Positions 36,761 through 45,197 of a stretch of 52,187 nucleotides of DNA are shown piece by piece. How positions within the stretch are numbered: the stretch's first letter is position 1; every line of letters starts with the position of its first letter. The stretch comes from Patescibacteria group bacterium (GTDB taxonomy: Bacteria; Bacillota; UBA4882; JAAYXC01). Where the stretch lies: contig JBLNBS010000171.1 of the NCBI GenBank assembly GCA_050260175.1, positions 1-52,187 of the forward strand, written 5' to 3'. Position numbers and translations under genes: made by a program. A model generated the notes under the pieces. It saw nothing but the letters and a program-made list of their open reading frames with translations, did not search any database and was not told the origin of the DNA.

Positions 36761-36945
36761 TTACTCCGGTGGGTATTGGTTGGGATTTACCCTTTGCCCC
36801 GCGATGTCCCTCACCGTCGCGTAAGGGTGGGTGTACCTGCCGTTTTGCTGTGAGTACGACTTCACGCCGGGGATATCGTTGATCTGCACGGATTGGTTCG
36901 GGCAGTAATTCAGGCAGGCAAAACACATGTAGCAGCCTACCACAT
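36761..36945 (-). pseudogene. C-terminal remnant of a 4Fe-4S ferredoxin-domain (EFR1-like) gene
   Basis: CYMCFACLNYCP (CxxCxxCxxxCP) and GRYTHP at the end of shadow ORF 36761..38242; no start or RBS of its own; abuts the GH3 stop. Confidence 0.7.
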
Positions 36946-39504
36946 CGGTATCTCCGCGGCCTCCCCCTCCACCGCGAACCTCCCCGCCACGCCCTCGGCA
37001 AAGCCGGGCTGGCCGCCGCCCACGAAGACGGCGAACTCCCCGGGCTCGACCACCCGGCGGCCGTCGTCGGTGATGACCGAGAGCTGCCGCGGCGAGAGGG
37101 TAAAGGTGACTCTCTTTTCCTCGCCGGACTCGAGGCGGACGCGGGCAAAACCGGCCAACTGCCGCAACGGCACGGGGACCGAGGCGGCCAGGTCGCTCAC
37201 GTAGAGCTGGACGACCTCGCAGCCCTCGCGCGCGCCAGTGTTGCGCACGGCGGCGGAGACGGCCACTTCCCCGCCGGCCCGAACCTTTTCGGGTGTGATG
37301 GACAGGCCGGAATAGGCGAACCGCGTGTAGGAGAGCCCGTAGCCGAAGGGGTAGAGGGGCTCCCCCTCGAAGTAGCGGTAGGTGCGGCTCCGCATGGCGT
37401 AGTCCTCGAAGGGCGGGAGCTGGTCGACGGATTTGTAGAAGGTGACGGGCAGCCGGCCCGAGGGATTGTGGTCGCCAAAGAGCACGTCGGCGACGGCCTC
37501 GCCCCCCGCTTGGCCGGGGTACCAGGCCTGCACCACCGCGGCCGCGTGCGCGTGGGCGTAATTTACCGCCAGGGCGCTGCCGCTGAAAAGGACCACCGCG
37601 ACCGGCTTGCCCAGGCCGCAGATCGCGCGCAGCAATTCCTCCTGCGGGCGGGGCAGGCCGATCTCCGTCCGGTCGCCGCAGGCGAAACCCTCCAGGGAGA
37701 AACCCTTTTCCTCGCCCTCGAGGTCCGGGGAGATGCCCAGGGCGAGGATGACGACCTCCGCCCTGGCCGCCGCGGCCAGGGCCTCGGCGCGGTAATCGGC
37801 GCCGGGCACGGACCAGACGAGCCTGACCTGGGGATCGAGCCCCCGGTGCTGGTAGTCCAGCCTGAGATGGTAGTAGCGGCCCGCCTCCAGCTCCACCTCC
37901 CGGGCGCTCTCGGCCGCGCCCCACTGGTGCTGGAGCGAGGCGATCCTCTCCCCATCCAGGAAGAGGTGGTACTCGTAGGTGCCGTTGACCCCGAGCCTGT
38001 ACGAGCCGGTCACGGGCGGCACCAGCCAGCCCTCCCAGCGCACGGCGAAATGGTCGAACTCCCTGCCTGTGAGGGGCGAGCGGCCGCGCCAGGCAAAGTC
38101 CACCATCGCATCGACGCGCTCGAGGACGGGCGGGGAGCCGAAATCCAGGCCGGCATGGTAGGCGGCATTGAGCCCGAACCCGCCGTCCCCGCGCGCATAG
38201 GGGCGCAGGCTCGTGGAGGGGACCGGCGCCATGGGCCTCCATCCCGGCGCCAGCTCGCAGCCGTGGGCGTGATAGAGCCTGGCACCGTCCGGGAGCTTGG
38301 CGCGGATGCCTTCCAGGAGCGTCGTGCGGCTCGCCGGCGTGCCGTTATAGTTGCCGAGGAGGACGGCGGGGTTGTCGGCGTTGGGCCCGATCACGGCTAC
38401 AGCTTTGAGATCTTTGGCCAGGGGGAGAAGGCTGTCATTTTTTAGGAGGACGATGGAGGCGCGCGCCGCTTCGAGGGCCAGTTCCCGGTGGGCGGGGCAG
38501 TCGTTGACCTCGTACGGGATTTGGGCGTAGGGGACCATTTGCGGCGGATCGAAGAGTCCCAGGCGGAAACGGGCGGTAAAGAGCCGCCGGAGCGAGACGT
38601 CCAGGTCGGCTTCGGCGATGAGCCCCTTTTCCACCGCCTCCACCAGGAAACCGTACGTGTCGCCACAGTTCAGGTCGCAGCCGGCCCTGACCGCCAGCGC
38701 GGCCGCCTCGGGCGCCGTCTCCACGAGGCGGTGGTGGCGATGGATATCGCAGATGGCGCCGCAGTCCGAGACGACGTAGCCGTCGAAACCCCATTCGCCC
38801 CGGAGGATCTCCTGGAGCAGCACGCGGCTGGCACAGCAGGGCTCGCCGTTGGTACGGTTGTAGGCACCCATGACGGAGGCCGCCCGGCCCTCCCTCACGC
38901 AGGCCTCAAATGCCGGGAGGTAGGTCAGGCGCAGATCCCTCTCGTCCACGCGGGCGTCGAACCGGTGGCGCTCGGCCTCGGGGCCGCTGTGGACGGCGTA
39001 GTGCTTGGGCGTGGCCACGAGCTTTAGATAACGTCGATCGTCACCCTGGAGCCCCCGGACAAAGGCCACGCCCAGAACGGACGCGAGGAACGGATCCTCG
39101 CCGTAGGTCTCCTGGCCCCGCCCCCAGCGCGGATCGCGAAAGATGTTGATGTTGGGCGACCAAAAGGTCAGCCCCGTGAAGATGCCGCGCACACCGTGGC
39201 GCTCCGCCTCGTGATGCTTGGCACGGGCCTCGTCGGAGACGGCCGTGGCCACGCGGCGCAAGAGATCGGCGTCCCAGGCGGCGGCGAGGCCGATGGCCTG
39301 GGGAAAGACGGTGGCGATCCCCGCCCAGGCCACGCCGTGCAGGCACTCGTTCCACCAGTCGTACTCCGGCACCCCCAGGCGGGGGATGGCCGGCGCGCTG
39401 TTCAGCATCTGCGAGGCCTTTTCCGCCAGGGTCATCCTGGAGACGAGGTCGTCGACGCGCGATTCCAGGGGCAGGGTAGTATCCAGATAGGCCGGCTGGG
39501 GCAT
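36937..39504 (-). CDS. GH3 beta-glucosidase/beta-xylosidase with PA14 insertion and Fn3-like C-terminus
   Basis: WWNECLHG, WSPNINIFRDPRWGRGQETYGED, KH, nucleophile VVSDC, PA14-like insert, PFGYGLSYT, EVVQLY; ATG at 39504 after GAGGAGG; no signal peptide. Confidence 0.95.
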   Translation of the reverse strand: MPQPAYLDTTLPLESRVDDLVSRMTLAEKASQMLNSAPAIPRLGVPEYDWWNECLHGVAWAGIATVFPQAIGLAAAWDADLLRRVATAVSDEARAKHHEAERHGVRGIFTGLTFWSPNINIFRDPRWGRGQETYGEDPFLASVLGVAFVRGLQGDDRRYLKLVATPKHYAVHSGPEAERHRFDARVDERDLRLTYLPAFEACVREGRAASVMGAYNRTNGEPCCASRVLLQEILRGEWGFDGYVVSDCGAICDIHRHHRLVETAPEAAALAVRAGCDLNCGDTYGFLVEAVEKGLIAEADLDVSLRRLFTARFRLGLFDPPQMVPYAQIPYEVNDCPAHRELALEAARASIVLLKNDSLLPLAKDLKAVAVIGPNADNPAVLLGNYNGTPASRTTLLEGIRAKLPDGARLYHAHGCELAPGWRPMAPVPSTSLRPYARGDGGFGLNAAYHAGLDFGSPPVLERVDAMVDFAWRGRSPLTGREFDHFAVRWEGWLVPPVTGSYRLGVNGTYEYHLFLDGERIASLQHQWGAAESAREVELEAGRYYHLRLDYQHRGLDPQVRLVWSVPGADYRAEALAAAARAEVVILALGISPDLEGEEKGFSLEGFACGDRTEIGLPRPQEELLRAICGLGKPVAVVLFSGSALAVNYAHAHAAAVVQAWYPGQAGGEAVADVLFGDHNPSGRLPVTFYKSVDQLPPFEDYAMRSRTYRYFEGEPLYPFGYGLSYTRFAYSGLSITPEKVRAGGEVAVSAAVRNTGAREGCEVVQLYVSDLAASVPVPLRQLAGFARVRLESGEEKRVTFTLSPRQLSVITDDGRRVVEPGEFAVFVGGGQPGFAEGVAGRFAVEGEAAEIPMW

Positions 39505-39697
39505 GGCGGTGCCTCCTCGATCCAAGATCAACGCATTTCCATCATAACCCGTTTTTGCCAGGACCGCAAGCCGTCGAAAGCCGGGTTCGGCGAGGACCGG
39601 CAAGTGCCCTCACGCTTTCCGAGGATAAGGTCTGCAAATCATACGGAAAGGCGCCGCGGTCGCGGCGCCTTTTCCGTCCAAGACATTACATCCACAA

Positions 39698-40003
39698 TCA
39701 ACGAAGACGGACGATATCGGGCACCCGGGTCGCCAGGCGGATGTCCTTGATGGCGCAGAACTCGGACTCAAAGAAACGCAGCGTGATGATCCTGGGCATG
39801 ACCGGCGCGAAACCGGTGGCGTTCATGACCAGGCGCTTGTCAATGTAATATTTGACCCGAGCCTTCTGGAACGTCACGGCGAAATGGACCGCCTGGCCGT
39901 CCTGGAAAAACTCCTTTTCCACGGTGTTGTTCGCCAGGTCTTTGCCTTTGTGCTGACCCTGCCAGTGGGCGCCGATCATCGTCGCGTCGATGAAGGCGTC
40001 ATA
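39698..40003 (-). pseudogene. Orphan beta-strand-rich protein fragment or small hypothetical protein
   Basis: ORF 39698..39979 has protein-like composition (VHFAVTFQKARVKYYIDKRLVMN...IKDIRLA). The frame is open upstream to about 40066 but has no RBS or convincing start. Confidence 0.4.
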
Positions 40004-40112
40004 GCCTTGGCTTATCCGGGGGGAGTGAACTGCCGGACCTTGCCTAACCGCCCTTTTCCCTCCTCGTCAAGCCGGCCTCGTCCAACTGCAACCCCGGCTG
40101 TGACTACCAGCG

Positions 40113-41045
40113 CTATCCCTTGATCCCCGTCATCTGCACGCCCTGGATGAAGTACCTCTGCACGAAGAGATAGCCCAGGACGACCGGGGCCATGACGAGG
40201 ATGACGCCCGCGCCCTGCACAGTCAGGGAGATGCGCGGGCCAAAAAAGCTGAAGTCGAAGAGGGAGCCCAGCGCCAGCGTGAGCGTGCGCGTCTCGCCGG
40301 AGAGGAACATGATCGGCCGGGCGTATTCGTTCCAGTGCCAGACGAAGGAAAAGAGGCCCACCGTGGCATAGGCCGACTTGGCCATGGGCATGACCACGAG
40401 GCGGAAGGCCTTGAACACCCCCGCGCCGTCGATGGCCGCGGCCTCCTCGAGGTCCTTGGGAATACCCGCGAAGACCTGGCGGAACACGAAGACGAAAAGG
40501 CCCCCGTACAGGCCGTTGCCCAGCAGTTCGGGCACGGTGAGGGGCAGGACCGTGTCGATCCATTTCAACTTGGCAAAGAAGACGTAGTATGGAATGGTCA
40601 TGGCCTGGGCGGGGATGACCATGACCAGGAGCACGGCGCCAAAGAGCAGCCCCCGCCAGCGGAAATCCATGCGGGATAGGGCGTAACCCGCTAGCGAGCA
40701 GCAGAACAGCTGCCCAACCAGGCCGATTGTGGTCAAAAAGAGGGTGTTCCCGGCAGACCGCAGGTAGTGCAGGCGTTGAAAGGCCTCGAGGTAGTTCCGC
40801 CAGTGGAAATGGACGGGCAGCCACCTGATGGAGGCATCGACCAGGTCCTCCGGGGTAAAGAGGGAGACCACGGCCATGTAGAGGATCGGCAGGACGAAGA
40901 TGAAGGCCCCGTCGATGAGGAGGAGATAGATGAGGGCCTTGCCGAGCAGGGACTTGGCCCGAAAAAACCACCCCTGCCTCGCGAGGTGCGACGCGAGCGC
41001 GGACGGCGTGCGGCCCGGGGGCAATGCCAGGCGCAATCCGATCAC
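40113..41045 (-). CDS. Carbohydrate ABC transporter permease (MalG-like)
   Basis: GYALSR..F..R, EAA loop LEEAAAIDGA, FVWHWNEY..P, QRYFIQG....GIKG. Confidence 0.93.
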   Translation of the reverse strand: MIGLRLALPPGRTPSALASHLARQGWFFRAKSLLGKALIYLLLIDGAFIFVLPILYMAVVSLFTPEDLVDASIRWLPVHFHWRNYLEAFQRLHYLRSAGNTLFLTTIGLVGQLFCCSLAGYALSRMDFRWRGLLFGAVLLVMVIPAQAMTIPYYVFFAKLKWIDTVLPLTVPELLGNGLYGGLFVFVFRQVFAGIPKDLEEAAAIDGAGVFKAFRLVVMPMAKSAYATVGLFSFVWHWNEYARPIMFLSGETRTLTLALGSLFDFSFFGPRISLTVQGAGVILVMAPVVLGYLFVQRYFIQGVQMTGIKG

Positions 41046-41052
41046 CCCGTTA

Positions 41053-41928
41053 CTACGAATTCGCCCGCCCGAGGCTCCTGCTCATCCTCTGGAAGAGGAA
41101 GGCGATCAGGGCCAGCAGGAAGATCACGGCCAGCCAGGTCGCGGCCAGCGAACCGCTGAAATCCAGGCGCCGGAAGGCGAGGCTGTCGATGTAATCCCAG
41201 ATGAAAAGCTGCAGGTATCCGCCTGTCAACAGGCGCATGGTCGTGGCCAGGCTCGTAAAGGACTCCACGACGGTGAGGAGCACGTTGAGAAGGATCAAAG
41301 GCGAGATGGCGGGCATCGTGACCCACCAGAACTTTTGCCAGCCCGTGGCCCCGTCCATCTGCGCCGCCTCGTAGAGATCGGCGGGCACGTTCTCCAGGCC
41401 CAATAGGAAGATGAGCATCTGGATCCCCGTGCGCCACAGGCTCAGGGTGAGGAGCATGGCCCCGATCTGCAATACCTCGGCCTGGCCGCTCGTGAGACGC
41501 ACGCCAAAGAAGCTCAGGTCCACCCCGATGACGATGATGCGGCCAAAGAGCGCCACGCCGGCCGCGGTGGAGATCACGTCCGAGGCAGCGACCACGGGCA
41601 GGAAATACAGGGCGCGGAAGAACTTGACCCCCTTGACCTTTTGGTTGATCAGGACGGCGAGGAGCAGGGCGAAGGCAAGGGTGACCGGTGTGCCGATCAG
41701 GCCGTAGAGCACCGTGGTGCCGCCGCAGCGCCAGAAATCCCTGGCCGCGAGGATCCGCTGATAGTTGGCCAGACCCACCCAGGGCATGGTGAATCCCACC
41801 GTCCACCGGCAGAACGAGGCGTAGAGCGAAAACAAGAGAGGGCAAAGCGTAAAGGCGAGAAACCCCACGCACCATGGGCCGGCGAACAGGTTCGCGGCCA
41901 GGCGGCGGCTTCTGGCGTAGCCCATCAT
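41053..41928 (-). CDS. Carbohydrate ABC transporter permease (MalF-like)
   Basis: PW.VGF..F...P, VGLANY, FFRALYFLP, LYEAAQMDGATGWQKFWWVTMP. Confidence 0.93.
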   Translation of the reverse strand: MMGYARSRRLAANLFAGPWCVGFLAFTLCPLLFSLYASFCRWTVGFTMPWVGLANYQRILAARDFWRCGGTTVLYGLIGTPVTLAFALLLAVLINQKVKGVKFFRALYFLPVVAASDVISTAAGVALFGRIIVIGVDLSFFGVRLTSGQAEVLQIGAMLLTLSLWRTGIQMLIFLLGLENVPADLYEAAQMDGATGWQKFWWVTMPAISPLILLNVLLTVVESFTSLATTMRLLTGGYLQLFIWDYIDSLAFRRLDFSGSLAATWLAVIFLLALIAFLFQRMSRSLGRANS

Positions 41929-43046
41929 GCCCCATCACCTCCCCCCGGCTCGCGCCGGGGCTTGGCTGAACGCAGCCAGGCATACAGCCACGCCATCAAC
42001 GCGGGCAGAATGGCCGCTCCCAAACCAAATGCGGCCACCGGCCAGCCGAACGCGGCGGGCGCGCCGCTTGTCAGGGCCCATGCCCTGGCGGCGGCAACCC
42101 CCAGACACAGGCCGGCCAATCCTCCGGTGAGGGCCGCAAGGGCCGGGCCGGCCCGCTGGCCAGGGCTGTGCGGCGCTTTTGCCGCGTCGGCGGCCATAAC
42201 GCCCGCCAGCCCGAAACCGCTCAGGGCGAGGCAGAAAAAGGCGGCGGCAAAGCACGCGGCGGCGGCGCCGCGGCTCCGTATCCTGCGCGCCGCGGCCCGC
42301 TCGCCTGGCCCGGTGAGCGCATAAGCGATCTCCGTCCCATCGCGGGCCAGCGTGGCGGCGATCCTCCGTCTCAGGGCCATGTGCTCGCGGCCCCGCCGGC
42401 AATATCGATCGAAACCAAGGAACACCAGGTCGTAATCGTAGGTGCCGCACAGGGACTGCCAGGTCGTGACGGGCACGTAAATCGCGCCCTCCCCGCCGCC
42501 GGCCGCCGGATCGGGCCAAGCCTCGGCCGCCAGGACGCCGACGATGGTGAACGGCACGCCGCCGATGCCGAGCATCCTGCCGGGGATCTCCCAGGCGGGG
42601 TGAACGCGGCCCTCGTAATCGGGCCCCACCACGCAGACGCGGCGCCGCTCCCGGAGGTCATCCTCGACGAGGAAACGGCCCGCCGCCATCCTGCTCCCGC
42701 GGATCGCGGCAAAGGAAGGATCCGCGCCGACGACCACGGCCGTGCCGCGCCCCGGCGGCCAGGAGATCCCCGCCCGGCCCGCGCGGCAGGCCGAGATGCG
42801 CTCGATCCCGGGCACGGCCGCGAGGGCGCGCACGTCCCGGAGACCGAGGGAGGATCCCGCGTCGCTGGAAACGGCCAGGCTGAGATAGTCCCGCGTCTCG
42901 CCCGGCGCCGGCAGGCTCAGGGCTAGCGCCAGGACGAGCGCAAGGTTTCCCCCGGCCAGGGCGCAGGCGCACCAAAGCGGCCTGGGCCGCGATCCCCGCG
43001 GCGCGCCGGCGGACGCTGGATGGGGCCGCAAAGCTTTTGGCCTCAT
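41925..43046 (-). CDS. MacB-like periplasmic-core ABC permease, divergent
   Basis: N-terminal TM, GRFL...D.......VVG, G..FTIVGVL, IYVP.TT, three C-terminal TMs; ATGA overlap with the MFP gene. Confidence 0.7.
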   Translation of the reverse strand: MRPKALRPHPASAGAPRGSRPRPLWCACALAGGNLALVLALALSLPAPGETRDYLSLAVSSDAGSSLGLRDVRALAAVPGIERISACRAGRAGISWPPGRGTAVVVGADPSFAAIRGSRMAAGRFLVEDDLRERRRVCVVGPDYEGRVHPAWEIPGRMLGIGGVPFTIVGVLAAEAWPDPAAGGGEGAIYVPVTTWQSLCGTYDYDLVFLGFDRYCRRGREHMALRRRIAATLARDGTEIAYALTGPGERAAARRIRSRGAAAACFAAAFFCLALSGFGLAGVMAADAAKAPHSPGQRAGPALAALTGGLAGLCLGVAAARAWALTSGAPAAFGWPVAAFGLGAAILPALMAWLYAWLRSAKPRREPGGGDGA

Positions 43047-44437
43047 CGCTCCCCGCCCTCGCCGAACGGCCTCTCCTCCCAGTCCCGGCGGCGGATGACG
43101 ATCACCCGGTCGCGATCGTAGACCTCCCGGTCGCTGTGGACGATCACCATCTGGAACGGGCGGACGCCCGCCAGCACCTCCACCCTCTGCGCGCCGTAGA
43201 GGCCCGTCTTGATGTAGACCTTGCGCGCCTGGTAGATGTTGTCCCTGACCATCCACCGCCTCTGCGCGTCCTCCGCCTCGGGCAGCGTCTCGCTGCAGTC
43301 CACGAGCACGAGGACATACTTGCGCGGGCTCGGCGACCGCCGGCCCACGGCATAGTAAGCCTCGTCCCCCCTCAGGACGGGTTGCTCGAGGCGGACGGCC
43401 TGCACCGGCACGGTGATCGCCAGGGGGGATCTCGCCACCAGGATCCTCACCCAGACGGAGGCGCCCGGCACCAGCGCGGCTCCGCCGGAGACGGGACGGA
43501 GCCTGACCCTGGTCCTGCCATAACCCTCCGCGGTCTTTTGCGGCGGCAGCACCTCCGCCACCTCGGCCGGGATGGCGGCGTCCGTCCGGTCTGTCCGCCT
43601 GATCTCCGCCGCGTCGCCCGCCTTGACCCGCGGGGCGTCCTCGGGCGCCACCTCGGCCTCCACGACGATGGCGCCGTCGTCGACGATCTGCGCCACCCTG
43701 GCGCCGCGGGGCACCCTCTCCCCCTCCCGGATCGCGAGCAGGGAGATCCGGCCCCCGATCGGCGCGCGCACGTTCAGGGCCTCGATCTCGGCTTGCAGGC
43801 CCGCGCGGCGCAGGCGCAGGGCGCGGAGGGCCGCTTCGGCGGTCTTGACGGCCGCGCCCGCGTCGGCGGTCTCGCTGAGTTCCGCCTCGCCCTTTGCCTG
43901 GATGTAACGGGCCTCGGCCGCCCTGTACTCGCCCTCGATCCGCTCTAGTTCGGCCTTGGCCAGGGCGCCCGCGGCGAAGAGATCCTGCGCCGTATCATAC
44001 TGCCTCCTGGCCTGGTCCAGGGCCAGGGATGCCAACTCCAGGCGATGCCGCGCGGCGACCACGGCCTCGGGCAGGGGCGATTTCCTGAGGCGCGCCAGGT
44101 CCTGCTCGGCGCGGAGGATCTCGGACTCGCATTGGGCCAGGGCCAGGGGGAGTTCCGCCGCCTCCAGCCGCAGCAAGAGCTGGCCAGGCCGGACCTTTTG
44201 CCCCTCGGCCGCCAGGATCCTCCCGGCCACAGCATCGGAGCAGGCATAGAGGTCGCGATAATCGCCGGCCGCCACCCTGCCCGCCGCCTCGAGATCGCCC
44301 ACCAGATCCTCGCGCGCGGCCATCTCGGCGTAAACGCGCGGATACCGGCTAAAATACCTGGAATTGGCGCGAAACCCAAGGTAGGCCGCGCCGGCCACGG
44401 CCAGTATCCCCACGGCTACGAGCACCTTCTTGACCAC
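43043..44437 (-). CDS. HlyD/RND-type membrane fusion (periplasmic adaptor) protein
   Basis: N-terminal anchor, lipoyl halves EGQKVRPGQLL and VRAPIGG, long helical hairpin, VP..AV, V..GL; GTG start after GGGGGAG. Confidence 0.88.
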   Translation of the reverse strand: MVKKVLVAVGILAVAGAAYLGFRANSRYFSRYPRVYAEMAAREDLVGDLEAAGRVAAGDYRDLYACSDAVAGRILAAEGQKVRPGQLLLRLEAAELPLALAQCESEILRAEQDLARLRKSPLPEAVVAARHRLELASLALDQARRQYDTAQDLFAAGALAKAELERIEGEYRAAEARYIQAKGEAELSETADAGAAVKTAEAALRALRLRRAGLQAEIEALNVRAPIGGRISLLAIREGERVPRGARVAQIVDDGAIVVEAEVAPEDAPRVKAGDAAEIRRTDRTDAAIPAEVAEVLPPQKTAEGYGRTRVRLRPVSGGAALVPGASVWVRILVARSPLAITVPVQAVRLEQPVLRGDEAYYAVGRRSPSPRKYVLVLVDCSETLPEAEDAQRRWMVRDNIYQARKVYIKTGLYGAQRVEVLAGVRPFQMVIVHSDREVYDRDRVIVIRRRDWEERPFGEGGER

Positions 44438-44480
44438 GCATCTCCCCCCGCTTTGCAATCAAGACAATGGTCTTGTGATC

Positions 44481-45197
44481 CTAAGCAGTCCAGAACAGGC
44501 GCCACCAGTAGGATAGCGGCCCCTCCCAGAGCCAGCGCAGGATGAGAAAAGCGCCGTAGACGGCGGATGCGACCGCAAACGCCCGGACTTTTTGCCAACC
44601 CTTGACGGATGCCAGCAGCCTGGCGCCGGCGGCCACGGCCAGCAGGCCCGATAGATCCAGGCCGCGCAGGAGTTCCCAGGCAAACGCCCCTATGCGTTCG
44701 GGCGCGAAACGGGCCAAGAGCGCCAGGCCCACGCCGGGCGAGAGGTCGCTCGCGCGCATGACCCCCCGGAGGCCGCCCGCGGCCACCATCAGGGTGGAGG
44801 CGAACCGGCCCGCCAGGATGATACCCGCCGGGATGACCAGGACGCCGAGATGCGTATTCCAATCTCCCACCCGCGATCCGGGCCGCCCGCGCCGCGCGAG
44901 CAGCACAGACGCGGCCGTAAGCACCCCCAAAAAGCAAAGGGGCGTGAGGATCAGGCCCCACCACGCCCAGGCCCTCACCGCGGCCATGGCTTCGGGCAGT
45001 GTCCGGGAGAGATCCCGCGCGCGCACGGCGGCCATGAGATAACAGGCGTCGGGATTGTAGGCCAAGAGCAGGCGGTACAAGGCGTCTGCGGCCCCGAGTC
45101 CCAGCGCCGGCCAGCGCCAGTCGATTGCGCCAAGTGAGAGCCGCATCCCGGCCTGCATGCCCGGCGCAACGGTCGAAGGCCCCGGCCGGCGCCTCAT
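44481..45197 (-). CDS. Multi-pass membrane protein, YIP1-like topology
   Basis: About 5 hydrophobic segments; ATGA overlap with the upstream gene. Family assignment is weak. Confidence 0.55.
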   Translation of the reverse strand: MRRRPGPSTVAPGMQAGMRLSLGAIDWRWPALGLGAADALYRLLLAYNPDACYLMAAVRARDLSRTLPEAMAAVRAWAWWGLILTPLCFLGVLTAASVLLARRGRPGSRVGDWNTHLGVLVIPAGIILAGRFASTLMVAAGGLRGVMRASDLSPGVGLALLARFAPERIGAFAWELLRGLDLSGLLAVAAGARLLASVKGWQKVRAFAVASAVYGAFLILRWLWEGPLSYWWRLFWTA

